DNA of 64,000 nucleotides from a virus (Duplodnaviria; Caudoviricetes): IMG/VR virus record IMGVR_UViG_3300021426_000004, positions 1-64,000 of that record. One strand, given 5' to 3'. Made by a program: the position numbers and the translations under genes. Under the pieces are notes generated by a model. It searched no databases and was not told the DNA's origin. It saw nothing but the letters and a program-made list of their open reading frames with translations. Below are positions 47,012 through 58,500 of the stretch, in pieces (the first letter of the stretch is position 1; the number at the start of each line of letters is the position of its first letter).

Positions 47012-47770
47012 TTATGCTGTTCTTTGCCATACATATACAACCAGATATGGAGGCATAGTATTAAGTGTTTTAGCTGTTCCGGTGAAACTGTGATCGTGCC
47101 CTCCGCCGCCACCTTTATTTCCAATAGAACCAGCAGCGGTAATCGAGTGTGTATGATTAGCACTATTGTTCGTTGAGTTTCTGCTTGTGCTTGTATTTGA
47201 GCCGGTGTGTGTATGTCCATTGCCGGAACCGTTGCTATTTGTATTACCTCCGGCTCCACCAGCCCAGTCACCGTTCAAAGCCAGACAAGAACCACTGTTT
47301 CTTGCATGTGTATGGTCGACTTTCCATCCAGACGATCCATAACCATGATTATGAGAAGGTGATGTAGATGATGATAAAGCTGTGCTTGATGTAGTGGTAG
47401 CGTAATATTCTGTGTACGTATGTGTATGACCAGCAGATTGATTGCCAGATGTCACTTCAGATCCTGTAAAACTATGATTGTGGCTCGGTATTTCATCCGT
47501 TGTAAGTGTATGGCTTCCTACAGTTCCAGCAGGTGTATAGCTCACTGAAGCAGCGCCTCCTGTAGAACCTGATACAGTGTTGTTATCTGCCATGTACAGC
47601 ATTCTGTCTTTTAGACGTGTCCATGTTCCTCCAAATAATGGAGCCGGATCAACATTTGCAGTGTTAATATAAATAGAACCGACAGGATAAATCGTATCAA
47701 ATACAACGCCGTCTGTTCCGTTGAACGTATATAATGTACCGTTCACATCAACATGTTTAATTCTTGACAT
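47012..47770 (-). CDS. His-rich tail-collar/short fibre paralog 2
   Basis: same motifs as paralog 3. Confidence 0.8.
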   Translation of the reverse strand: MSRIKHVDVNGTLYTFNGTDGVVFDTIYPVGSIYINTANVDPAPLFGGTWTRLKDRMLYMADNNTVSGSTGGAASVSYTPAGTVGSHTLTTDEIPSHNHSFTGSEVTSGNQSAGHTHTYTEYYATTTSSTALSSSTSPSHNHGYGSSGWKVDHTHARNSGSCLALNGDWAGGAGGNTNSNGSGNGHTHTGSNTSTSRNSTNNSANHTHSITAAGSIGNKGGGGGHDHSFTGTAKTLNTMPPYLVVYVWQRTA

Positions 47771-47782
47771 ATCGATCCTCCT

Positions 47783-48532
47783 TTATGCGACCCGTTTCCA
47801 CATATAAACAGTCGTATATGGAGGCAATACATTAATTGTTGCAGCTGTGCCTGTAAAACCGTGGTTATGTGCATTTCCACTACCATTGTTTCCAACCGTA
47901 CCTGAAGCTGTGAAACTATGAGTATGGTTAGCGCTTATTCCGTTAGTAGTTCTTGTCGTGCTTGTATTAGCTCCGCTATGCGTATGCGAGTTTCCGGAAC
48001 CAGCACCGCTTGTCGAACCACCGACATCACCGGAAGTACTATGTGCGTGAACACCATAGTATCCGGAGGTATCATCATAAACTCCCCAATAGTCATAGAA
48101 ACTATGAGCGTGACTACCGATTTGAGCAACGGTTATTGTATGAGCTCCGGTTGTCGTAGCATAATAATCTGTTATTGTATGATAGTGGTTAGCGCTTTGT
48201 GTTCCGGATGTTACTGCTGTTCCTGTGAAGCTATGATTATGAGAAGGAATTTCATCGATAGTTAATGTATGGTCACCAACAGTTCCGGAAGGAGTATATG
48301 AAATAGATGCAGCTCCGCCTGTTGTTCCTGCAACATATGTGTCACCTGCTCCTAAAAGAAAAACATCCATTATTCTTTCCCAGGTTCCGCCGAACATAAT
48401 GTCAGGATCAACAAGTCTATTGTTCATATATACAGAACCAACAGGATATATTTCTAATAGTGTTGGGGTTTCTTCTCCTCCGAAATCCAACAGGTGACCA
48501 TTTTCATCCAGAAGAGGAATCTTCGTAAGCAT
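47783..48532 (-). CDS. His-rich tail-collar/short fibre paralog 1
   Basis: same motifs as paralog 3. Confidence 0.8.
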   Translation of the reverse strand: MLTKIPLLDENGHLLDFGGEETPTLLEIYPVGSVYMNNRLVDPDIMFGGTWERIMDVFLLGAGDTYVAGTTGGAASISYTPSGTVGDHTLTIDEIPSHNHSFTGTAVTSGTQSANHYHTITDYYATTTGAHTITVAQIGSHAHSFYDYWGVYDDTSGYYGVHAHSTSGDVGGSTSGAGSGNSHTHSGANTSTTRTTNGISANHTHSFTASGTVGNNGSGNAHNHGFTGTAATINVLPPYTTVYMWKRVA

Positions 48533-48538
48533 GATATA

Positions 48539-51148
48539 TCACTCCTCTGATTCTGCATCAGGATCGTATGGCGTAGCGTTTGGATCTGTCATGATATGAA
48601 GGATTCCATTGGTTTCATCTACCCATACCTCCGCCCTGTCTGCTTTGTGTCCCCACATATATTTTTCTCCTGTTGTAACAAGAGATACATTTGTGCCACC
48701 CTGCGCAGCGTTCAGACTGGAATAAGTCGTGTCAGACGCAGGAATACCGAGAGCTGTAATATCTGCTTTGACAACTGCTTTTGCAGCTGTTACATGTCCC
48801 TGAGCATTTGTTGTGATTTTATATAAACCACTACCAAAAGCAGAGCCTTTTGCTGTTGCATGATTATAAGCTATTTTTCCACGATCTCCCCGATATGCGG
48901 TTGTTTCTGTTTCTCCGAGTCCAATTGATTTGCTAATTTCAACATAAGCACTACCGCTCCATCTGTATGTAAGACGAGTATCCAATGCAACGTAGATTTT
49001 ATCGTTCTCACCAGTAATGGGGAATAAATCTAAGGTTTCATATTCAAGAACATCATCCACATAACTTGGAAGCTGTGAAGCAGGAACTCTGCCGCTAGCA
49101 TCCAGCTCAGCAACTCCACCAGCAATACCCATAGAAGATTCGTCTACCTTGTGGTTCCAAGTGTATTTCTCCCCGGAAGTAACAAGGGAGACTTCCGTGC
49201 CTTCGCTTGCTTCCATCCGGCTTTCATATGTTGTGTCAGTCCAAGGAATATTAACCGCAAGCTTACCGTTTCTGTCTAACCTTATAGGATAGATTCTGGT
49301 GGAAACTTCGGCTCCCTCACTAATAACACTATTAGTAAATTGTGTTTCATTTGCAAGGTTTGCTTTAATAGTTCCGGCTTCTGTAATTGTGCCGCCGATT
49401 AATCCTGCACCTGCAGTCACAGAAGTTACAGTTCCTAAATTGGATGTTTTGGAGTTCCAATAATACTTTTCTCCTGTGGTTACAAGAGAAACTTTATTTC
49501 CTCCTGCAGCAGCTTCTCTGCTGATATAGGTTGTGTTTGTATCTTCCCAAGGAACACAAACAGATAAGTACCCAGACTTATCGACCATAACAGCATATTG
49601 TCTTCCGACAACATTTGCGGAGATCATAGAGTCAATTGAACCGACTTGTTCGGATTTAAGTTTAACCTTAAGGCTTCCGCTTTCTGTTATGGGGTCTCCG
49701 GCTAAACCAATTCCAGCCGATACGGAAGTAACTGTACCTAAGTTAGATGTCTTCGAATTCCAGTTTGCTTTATCTCCGGTTGTAACCAGAGAAACATCTG
49801 TACCGTTAACAACGGGCGCAAGGTTTGCATACAATGTGTCTGTCCAAGGAACATTGACGCTGAGATACCCATCTTTGTCTAACCCTACAGCATACTGCTT
49901 GCCGCCTATAGGTGTAATATTCACAGAAGAAAAGGCACTTAACACTGAGTCTTTCAGATTAAGACCAATGGTTCCTTTTGTAATAATTTCGCCACCGGTA
50001 AGGCCGCTTCCAGCTGTGATGCTTGTTACAGTACCTAAATTAGATGTCTTTGAATTCCAAATAGCCTTTTCTCCTGTTGTTACAAGAGATACGTCTGTTC
50101 CACCTGAAGATGCATCTTTTACCTCATAAGTGGTGTCTGTGGCATTTACAGTAATAGCACTACCTGTTGTTTCAAGCGTAACATTACGACCGCCTTTTAA
50201 ATTCATAGCAGACGTTGTGCCTGAACCTAACACTTCAACATCGTCCACTTGAACAGCACGATAATTATTTGGATTGACAGGAACTTTAGCTGAGTCTACG
50301 CTCACAGCTGTGACGTGACCTTTCCCGTCAGTTTGTAAGGTTAAACCAGTTACAACGTCGAAATTCCAGCCTGCTGCACCGCCTTCAGCGACAGCAGTTT
50401 TGTCACTGGAAGGATCTCTGCTTGGCGTATAATGGTTTGCTGCACTTGTGACTTTAGTGTCCGTATTAGGATTGGAAGGGATCTTTCTGGAAGAAACAGA
50501 CAATCCGGTAATGTGTCCTTTTCCATCTGTGTTTACAGATATTCCACTTACAACATCAACGTTCCAGCTTTTAGTACCGCCGGAAGCATTTGCAATAATA
50601 GTTCCTGTTGCATCTGTTTCTGGTGTATAGTGATTTTCTGAACTAGTTACCTTTGTGTCCATATCCTGTCCTGGAATTCCAAGAGAAGTAATATCTGTTT
50701 TTACAACAGGATCAGCCAAGATTACATGACCTTGATCGTTTGTTGCAATCTTATATAGCCCGTTCTCAAATGCTGACCCTTTTGCATAGGCGTGGTTGTA
50801 AGCGACCTTACCGCGATCTCCACGATAAGCGGTGCTTTCAGTTTCTCCTAAAGTTAAGCTTGAACCAATTTTTACGTAATCGCTTCCGCTCCATCTGTAG
50901 GTTTCGTTTGAATTCAGATCGACGTAGATTTTGCCTGCTTCACCAGTAATAGGAAATGCATCAGCAGACGAAAACTCAAGAACGTCATCTACATAAGATG
51001 GCAATTGAGAAGATAAAACTCTGCCGTTAGAATCCAGCTCGGCAACTCCACCAGCTGAACCCTTTTCGGATGCATCTATCTTTGATGCAATTTTCTCATC
51101 CATTTTATTTTTGAATCTTTGCAACCCTGGATAATCAAGATAAGGCAT
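48539..51148 (-). CDS. long repetitive tail fibre
   Basis: YLDYPGL N motif; two QLPSYVDD modules; repeated VSLVTTGEK..WNSK.SNLGTVTS. Confidence 0.8.
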   Translation of the reverse strand: MPYLDYPGLQRFKNKMDEKIASKIDASEKGSAGGVAELDSNGRVLSSQLPSYVDDVLEFSSADAFPITGEAGKIYVDLNSNETYRWSGSDYVKIGSSLTLGETESTAYRGDRGKVAYNHAYAKGSAFENGLYKIATNDQGHVILADPVVKTDITSLGIPGQDMDTKVTSSENHYTPETDATGTIIANASGGTKSWNVDVVSGISVNTDGKGHITGLSVSSRKIPSNPNTDTKVTSAANHYTPSRDPSSDKTAVAEGGAAGWNFDVVTGLTLQTDGKGHVTAVSVDSAKVPVNPNNYRAVQVDDVEVLGSGTTSAMNLKGGRNVTLETTGSAITVNATDTTYEVKDASSGGTDVSLVTTGEKAIWNSKTSNLGTVTSITAGSGLTGGEIITKGTIGLNLKDSVLSAFSSVNITPIGGKQYAVGLDKDGYLSVNVPWTDTLYANLAPVVNGTDVSLVTTGDKANWNSKTSNLGTVTSVSAGIGLAGDPITESGSLKVKLKSEQVGSIDSMISANVVGRQYAVMVDKSGYLSVCVPWEDTNTTYISREAAAGGNKVSLVTTGEKYYWNSKTSNLGTVTSVTAGAGLIGGTITEAGTIKANLANETQFTNSVISEGAEVSTRIYPIRLDRNGKLAVNIPWTDTTYESRMEASEGTEVSLVTSGEKYTWNHKVDESSMGIAGGVAELDASGRVPASQLPSYVDDVLEYETLDLFPITGENDKIYVALDTRLTYRWSGSAYVEISKSIGLGETETTAYRGDRGKIAYNHATAKGSAFGSGLYKITTNAQGHVTAAKAVVKADITALGIPASDTTYSSLNAAQGGTNVSLVTTGEKYMWGHKADRAEVWVDETNGILHIMTDPNATPYDPDAESEE

Positions 51149-51166
51149 TGCTAACCGCTCCTTTCT

Positions 51167-51418
51167 TTAGAATTTTGGAATTTGATTATATATATTTTGT
51201 ATATCGTAATCTGATATGTTTCGAGTTTGTTTTAAATATTGGAGTATTTGATTTGCGTCATGTTGCATATATAAAGGAATATCAGGAAAAGCCTGATAAA
51301 TAACAGACGGCGGATTTCTCATCGCCTGCATAACCTGATTCAGCTTTTGCATTGGACTTAAATTTTCGACAGGTCTGTTAATTGGATTTTTCATATATGC
51401 ATTGTACAATTCATTCAT
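51167..51418 (-). CDS. hypothetical protein (cassette)
   Basis: PMQKL..MRNP...ILQYL. Confidence 0.6.
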   Translation of the reverse strand: MNELYNAYMKNPINRPVENLSPMQKLNQVMQAMRNPPSVIYQAFPDIPLYMQHDANQILQYLKQTRNISDYDIQNIYNQIPKF

Positions 51419-51801
51419 TTCTCTCCACCGCGATTCTCGCTAATTGTGCGGGAAAGTTTCTGTATCTCTTTCTTTATATGTTCGAGATCTTCTTTTGTTG
51501 CAAATTGATTCATATCGCCGGAGATATTTCCCGGAAGTAATGCGGGATTTGTGCGTTCCTTGATTTCGTAATTCAGTTCCTGCATTTGGTTTGGCATACC
51601 CATAGCATTCCAACTCTTCAGCCAAATGCGTTTTTCACTGTTGTCCCAAAGAGCAATCGGCGTTTCGGGCGGTAAACCCTGAGGCATCTGGAAAGCTTTT
51701 GCTCCAACTTCACCGTCAACCCATTCGATGCTTTTGTAGTTCGAACTATAAGATTGATTCTGGTTATAGTAGTAAGGGTACTGATAATAAGGATACGGCA
51801 T
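51415..51801 (-). CDS. hypothetical protein (cassette)
   Basis: Y/Q-rich N-terminus, WVDGEVGAKAF, LWD, K..NAMG. Confidence 0.7.
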   Translation of the reverse strand: MPYPYYQYPYYYNQNQSYSSNYKSIEWVDGEVGAKAFQMPQGLPPETPIALWDNSEKRIWLKSWNAMGMPNQMQELNYEIKERTNPALLPGNISGDMNQFATKEDLEHIKKEIQKLSRTISENRGGEK

Positions 51802-51807
51802 AAAGAA

Positions 51808-52185
51808 TCATCTCCTAATTCTCCAATAAAATGTTGGTATTTCATTACCTGAATCCCATGAATCAAAGTAATTGCCGTCAATTATAGCTACGGCATGACT
51901 CCCCGTTCCAATGATGTAAGTTCCTCTTGGAAACTGTTTTGTGAATTCTGCGACAGTAACACATTTGGGACATGCATCCGGTAATAAGAATGGCTCAAAA
52001 CCTTTGAGATAAAGATAGTGCCCCCAGACCGAATCGGCTGAGGGCATATTGAAATCCATTCTTGCAACAGAATACAGTTCGTCAAATGTTTGAATCCACG
52101 GCTGATTTAAAGCTATAGATACCGCTCGAATCACACAGTCAGGAACTTCTTTTCGCATTGGATTGGGATTTGCTTTAATCCACAT
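51808..52185 (-). CDS. papain/C39-like Cys-His-Asp protein
   Basis: NPNP...DCVIRA...HAVAI.DG..FDSWDSG. Confidence 0.65.
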   Translation of the reverse strand: MWIKANPNPMRKEVPDCVIRAVSIALNQPWIQTFDELYSVARMDFNMPSADSVWGHYLYLKGFEPFLLPDACPKCVTVAEFTKQFPRGTYIIGTGSHAVAIIDGNYFDSWDSGNEIPTFYWRIRR

Positions 52186-52547
52186 TATTCAGGAATGAAC
52201 TCGATAAAATCTTCCAGCAGTTCCATCTGCTGAATTGAGATTCCGGGGATATCAGATAATTTTAAGGATTCTTTTGTGTTCTGAACTTCAACTTCAAAGT
52301 TTTCTATTTCCTGTTCTTTGTTCAAAAACTCTTGTGCTATTTCAGGAGTTTTGAACTTCAGGTTTCCGTTTTCATGTTCAGGTTTGTATTCATCCAATAA
52401 CTTCCGAACTTCACCTTGGTAGAACTCAATATGAGGGAGCAGTGTTTTTCTGATTTTATAAATAATCCATTTCCCCTGAATTGTAAGTTCCTGCTTTGTG
52501 AGTTCTTCGGTTTCATTATAAATCTTATTAATAATAAACTGTTTCAT
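52185..52547 (-). CDS. hypothetical tail-associated protein
   Basis: directly follows Tal. Confidence 0.6.
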   Translation of the reverse strand: MKQFIINKIYNETEELTKQELTIQGKWIIYKIRKTLLPHIEFYQGEVRKLLDEYKPEHENGNLKFKTPEIAQEFLNKEQEIENFEVEVQNTKESLKLSDIPGISIQQMELLEDFIEFIPE

Positions 52548-52571
52548 AAAATAATCTCCTTTAATAATCTA

Positions 52572-55500
52572 TTATGATTTTGCAGGCGGTAACGTATAAG
52601 CTGTTACAGATGTTACCTCACCAATACAATTGTTTACAGCTTTTGCAGTTATCGCTCTGGCAACATAAAGTACGTCATACCATGTTCCTGTATAATAAGT
52701 GTGTGAAGTACATGCAGCTAAACAATCATTCCATCCTTTATTATAAGTGCCAGCATCTTCTTTTGCTTTTTCAACTTCAGCTTCCCACTTTGTAATTGCT
52801 GCGGATACATCTACATCTACAGTTCCGCTTTTACCACTGGAAAGCTGGACACGAACTTTCCAAGGAGAACTATTGTAAATAGCTTGACTTATAGTTCCGC
52901 TTACTGTAGTTACATTTTGTTCACCATCGGTCCATGTTGCTGTTATATCATATGATTCTACGTCTTTCCCTTTAAAACCGCCTTTTCTTGGAACATAAAT
53001 TGTTTTTGCGCCTGGTGTATAAGAAACAGATCCGCGAGCTTGATCCCATGCTTCATCATATAAATTTGTTGCATCAAACATAACGCGTTCTACAGCGTCT
53101 GAACGTTTTTCTCCGCTAACATACAAATCAAGGCCAACAGTTCCAAGTGCATATCCATCATTTCCGCCTTCAGCCCACGGCATAAGACTGGAAATATATG
53201 TTACATCAACTGACGATGACATCCCTACTGTTCTTGATATCTTTCCTTTGAAGAAATTAAATGTGGCATTAAAAGTTGTGCCGTCCCATGCGCCACTTCC
53301 ATATGCGACGGCTTTATCAAAATCCGACACATTTACCGGTATACCATCAACAATTAATTGCTTCATTGTTACTTCGCCCAACGAGTTAACAGTAAAGTTT
53401 CCATCACCGATGTTAATGCTCGAACCGGTAATAGAACCGCCAGATATAGTTGAACTGCTGATTTCACAAGCTGAAATAGTAGGACCGCTAATTGTTCCAG
53501 CCAATGCTGTGATACCGCTTCTGTCCCAATACCCTATATCTTCGTTGTGAGAATCTTTGATAACAATACGACCGAACTTACCGTTTTCTCCGCCTAATGT
53601 TAATGTTCCGCCATAGATACGATCAGCGCTCATTGCTCCTGATGTAATTCTATCAGCGCTGATGTTACAGGAAACTACTGCTCCTGCGTCTATTGTTCCG
53701 GAGAAGTGTGCGTCTCCTGAAATAACAGCGCCCACAGCGTAAAGTATTCCGCCCTTGGTTACTCTGAAATAAGGAGTACTGCTAAAAGCTCCACCAGCCC
53801 AGAATACAACACTGCTGTCGTCTGCTGTAATTGGATAGAATGCCATACCTACAGTACTGACTTCTTTGCTTGAGTTATTGCCTATATAGGAATCTCCTAT
53901 ATACCAGCCGCCGATATTTCCAAGAGTTGAAATCAATGTTCCGTTAGCTTGTACTATGAACTTTGGTGCATCAGGATTGTTGTTATAGTTTCCTCCGGCC
54001 CAGAATACGATATTCGAACCAGTAGCATTGGCAATACCAATGGTGCTGTCATTCTTTGTTTCTGCATTTCCAAGATAATCAGACCTGATATACCAGCCTG
54101 CAATATTACCTTTAACAGCTCTCAGAGATCCATCGTTTGTCACTTGGAAAGGACAATACCCTGTTTGATCGTGCGGACCAATATATATAGCTCCAAGGCT
54201 GTCAATATAAAATCCGTTCGATTCTGCAGCGGCAGAACTCTTATTTCCACTGTATATACCAGATAGTCCTATGTGAATTTCACCGATAAGGCCTGAATTA
54301 GCATTAACTTCACCTGTGAATTTCGCATTTCCATCTGCTCCAAGTTTCACCATATTCGCAATATTTATACCGTCTGTTCCAACATAAATACCGGGTACGA
54401 GTGAACCAAATGGAATAGGCTCATCACTGGCGTTAGTTGGATTAAGAGAAGAAATTCTGTTATAGATATATGCATTTACAGTGTCTGAGTCAATTGTAAA
54501 TGTTTGACCTATGTTACCTATAACAACTCCGCCGCCATTGGAAACAAGCGTTAATGTGTTTCCGGCAGCAATATTAATAAGATTGTTAGCAAGGATATTA
54601 ATAATGCCATTGTCTGAATCAAGACTGAATTCTGCAACTTTTCTTGCAGAGTCTCCAACCGCAAAATAAGCAGCCGTGATATTAACTGTCGAAGTGTCAC
54701 CACTAAAAGCAACTTTAAACTTTCCACCGCCGAGATTCATTCCATCCGTGCCGATATAAATACCGTCTTTTGGAGAATTAATATCATCAGCGCCTTTTGC
54801 ACGTAAATAAAAAGCCCCTGTGGATTGTAAATTTAAAATTCCACCAGCTGAAATATTAACATTTCCACCTTCGAGATTGAGTTCTCCTCCGGAGGCAACG
54901 TTAATTTTAGCCTTGACTGTAGTGCCGCCTTCTTCATATCCAGCATTGATTTCTATTTTAGCGTCGGTTGTAAGTAATGATCCTGCCGGTCTGGAACCGT
55001 TTGTGGTTGCAAACAATTGCAATGCTTTGTTGCTTCCGATTTCAAGTTCCTGTCCGACATTGCTCATTAACTTATCGGCTGTAATAGAACCGACTTCAAT
55101 AAGATCAGCAGACAATTTTCCGGTATTGATTTCATCTGCTGTCAGACCATAACCGGTTGCAGCGGTTCTCCATTCCCACGATCCGTCTGCGTTACGTGAG
55201 TTGGCTACGCCCATTCCACGGCCGCCTAAGACCATAGCGGAGAGTCCATCGGCAGCCTCAAAGATTATATTGCCTTTCTCGTCGGTGTGCCAGTTGGATG
55301 AACCACCGTTCAACATATTCTGATTGATGTCGATAATGCCCTGTAATCTTGAGCTGTCGACAGGTCGCGTGAACGATTGTTCGTAAATAGATTGTTTGGC
55401 TCTGATATCTTTTGCTACTTCAGCAATCCGCCCAAGAACATCTGAGAAGTTATGCTTGGATGCTATAGTAAGTTTAGTATCGATATCAAGAGTTGTTTTC

Positions 55501-58500
55501 CATTCCTGGTCGTAACACTTATGAAGTTTTTCAATGTATGCCCAACAGTTAGTCTTGGATTCCTGATCAACAAGATGACATATATCTACAATATCTACGT
55601 CAGGCCATTCAGCGTCATGGGTTTCGTAGTACTCTTCCTGATGAGTTCCAAACAGATCAAGGAATGTAAAAGAGTAGCTGACCTCCGGCTCTGAAATTTG
55701 CTTGAACATAGTCATAGCATCTTTATAGAGACGCTGTTCGTCACCGTAAATATAGTTAGCATCCTGCCATCTACCATCTTTAAGCATGTCGCCTAAAGAA
55801 TCGGATAACAGGTTTTCCTGTTCTTTGATATGAGTCTGCGCATTTCTCAGTGCCGTTAAGTCTTCTTCATAAGTCTTATCTGCAAGATCTGCAAACTTCT
55901 TCATCAAAGGATCAATACCGATTAACTCCTGATCTTCAGGTACATTGGCAAGATCTGTATAAACAGGAGCTAAAATAGAATATTGTTCTTCGTTCATGTA
56001 GAAAACATTATTGTAGTTTTCAACATGGACATATCCGCCAGGTTGCTGAACATTTGTAGTGAATCTGATATACCTTGTTTGCGGTAATGTTACGAAAGAT
56101 CCTTCGCCACTTAATCCGTTAACTCCAAGGTATCTCAGGTTCACATCGTAGTAATGAACAAAGGTTCCGTCCGGAAGATCGTAGTTATACCTTGTGTCTT
56201 CCCATACCCGAATTGTTCCTGTCCTGAATCTGTTTGGAACATCCTGCTCGACACCGTTGGAAGGATCAATAGACCCATTATAGAAAGTCTTGCCTTCCAG
56301 TTCGTTTTCAAGAGGATAGAATACTGTATCTGATTCAACAGTCGAAAAAGATACAACTTCATCTGAATCGTCTTGGAAGACATATCCAAGAACAGTGTTA
56401 AGTAATAATTTAATATTCGTATCTTTCTTGGTCTTGAATGTCCAGAAAGATCCGTATCCGTCTGAGAAAGCATAATTCCCCACAGGTACATAACCGTTAT
56501 ACTGATAGTATTTATAAAGACCTTTGTATAACATATCTCTTCTTTTGCAGAGATAGATTACCTTGGAGAACATATCAGCAACGCTTTGATCCGGCACGGA
56601 TTCATATTTAGTCCAATCTCCGTTTGTAAACCTCCAAAGCCATTTGCGCTTCTGGTCATAGTAATAATCACCTTCCACGCCAAGAGGGAAGGTGTCTTCA
56701 TAGTATACTCTATACCAGATGCTTTCGCCTTTTGCGGCCCAACAGAACCAGAGTTCTCCATCCCTCATGTCATGGTGGTATTTATACAACCACTCATATT
56801 CGTTGTTGGAAGGAGAGGGGAGAACAAGCGTTGGATCATCCAGATCAAAGAATGTTGTCGGATGTTTCCTTGTTGTTGCATAGAGGTTTTCAATTAGTGC
56901 TTCGATTCCATTTAAACGACCGCCGAGTAAACCTGTCATACTGTTAGTGCATAACAAGTAAACCCTGTCGCTTGTCTGGAACTTAACATTGTTACCCCAT
57001 ACAGTCACAGCGGTAGGGAAGTCTCCGGTTGTATAAGTAAAGTCACCTGGATTACCTTCGCTGTTAACTACCAATTCTCCATTACTGTCATAGATACGTT
57101 TTAAATAAACCATATCCCAAGTAATAGGATCTGTGTTATGGATAAATAACAATACGCTTGGTGTTCCTGTTACCGGATCTCCATTAGCTTTCAGTTGGCT
57201 TGTTACATGCCACTGGAAAAACCTTCGTTCTGCTTTATCGTAGTCTGTGCGGTAAAGTACACCGTGGTCGCCTTCATCAATGTCAATTGTAAACTTCTGC
57301 GGCCATGCTTCTGAAGGAATTCCGCTTTCCGTTTCAACGTCGACTGAACTGATTTTCAATTTCAGCAGGCCCGTATTGTGTTCAGCAATGGCACTTAAAT
57401 CGGATTCGCCTTTAATATAAGATTCAGATTTCTCTTTAACGATCTTATAATATTCCGGCATTTCCTTTTGGAATCTTGCAACTTGCTGGAATGTTTCATC
57501 GGACATAAGACCGACATCACGGTAATATTTCAGCCCAAGCAAATAGGCAAAATTATTTTCTGTCTGATAAACATCCTGTTGAACAAGTTGAACATATCGT
57601 CCTTTAGGCTTGTCATATAATTCATATGCTTCACCTTTGGTTTGATTCCAGATATATGTCATGGATGTAATATCCATGTTGCTCCAGATAAGAACGTCTC
57701 CAACATCCACGTTTCCTTGAAAGAAATTATCTGTTCCTTCAAGGTTCATGCTGTATTCGTCTCCGGTTTCCGGTGCTGTGAACTGCCATTCAAAATGTTT
57801 GGCATTTTGTAATGTACATGCACCGTTCATGTCTCCGGATGAACCATACGCATACAATCTTGTTGCCATGCTGTTTGCATTGATTGTTTTGCTTAAACTG
57901 TGAATGTTTCTGTCATAGTGAAGTTCAAGAACATTAAATTCATCCCGAACCTTGGCAGGAATCTGTCTTGGATCAATATCTCTTAAAGGATTCATGCTGA
58001 TAAGATCTACGGTTTTCGTATCGCCGTGATAAATCGGCTTTGCTTCAAATACATCGCAGATCTTTTCAATAAATCCAAGAGCTCCTGTTCCGGACGGGCC
58101 TGTAATAGAGCGGACTTTAACTTCTCCGTTATCATCGAGGAAGTTCTCAACATATCCGACATTCCAGCTGGAACCTTCAAGAACTGTCGTTAACAAGGCT
58201 TCAGCCGTGCCGACATTATTTCCTTCGTCATCTGAAAATTCGAGATCAAGATTCTTGTGTTTCAGAAGTTGTGAAACATGACCGGCTTTAACGGAAACAT
58301 TCTTGGAAAAATTATTCCTTGTTATGTTTGGTTCTGAAATAACATACCAGTCGGTCTCTTTGTCATCCACAGCTTTTATCTGATACTCAGCAATTAAATA
58401 ATTAAGTCTATAGTTTTCTTCTAAACCATCTTCGCCTATGCACGTAGAAGGAATGGTAAAAGATAATTCTTTCCAGCCGTTGCGTTCTTTGTCAATGTAA

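Noticed and set aside
46999-47271. 91-aa N-terminal extension of ORF 46225..47271
   Set aside because: It overlaps the upstream paralog out of frame; the ATG at 46998 has an AGGAGG RBS and matches paralog length.
25001-51148. Diversity-generating retroelement or invertase shufflon acting on fibre genes
   Set aside because: No reverse transcriptase, TR/VR pair, invertase or inverted cassettes are visible; all paralogs are co-oriented.
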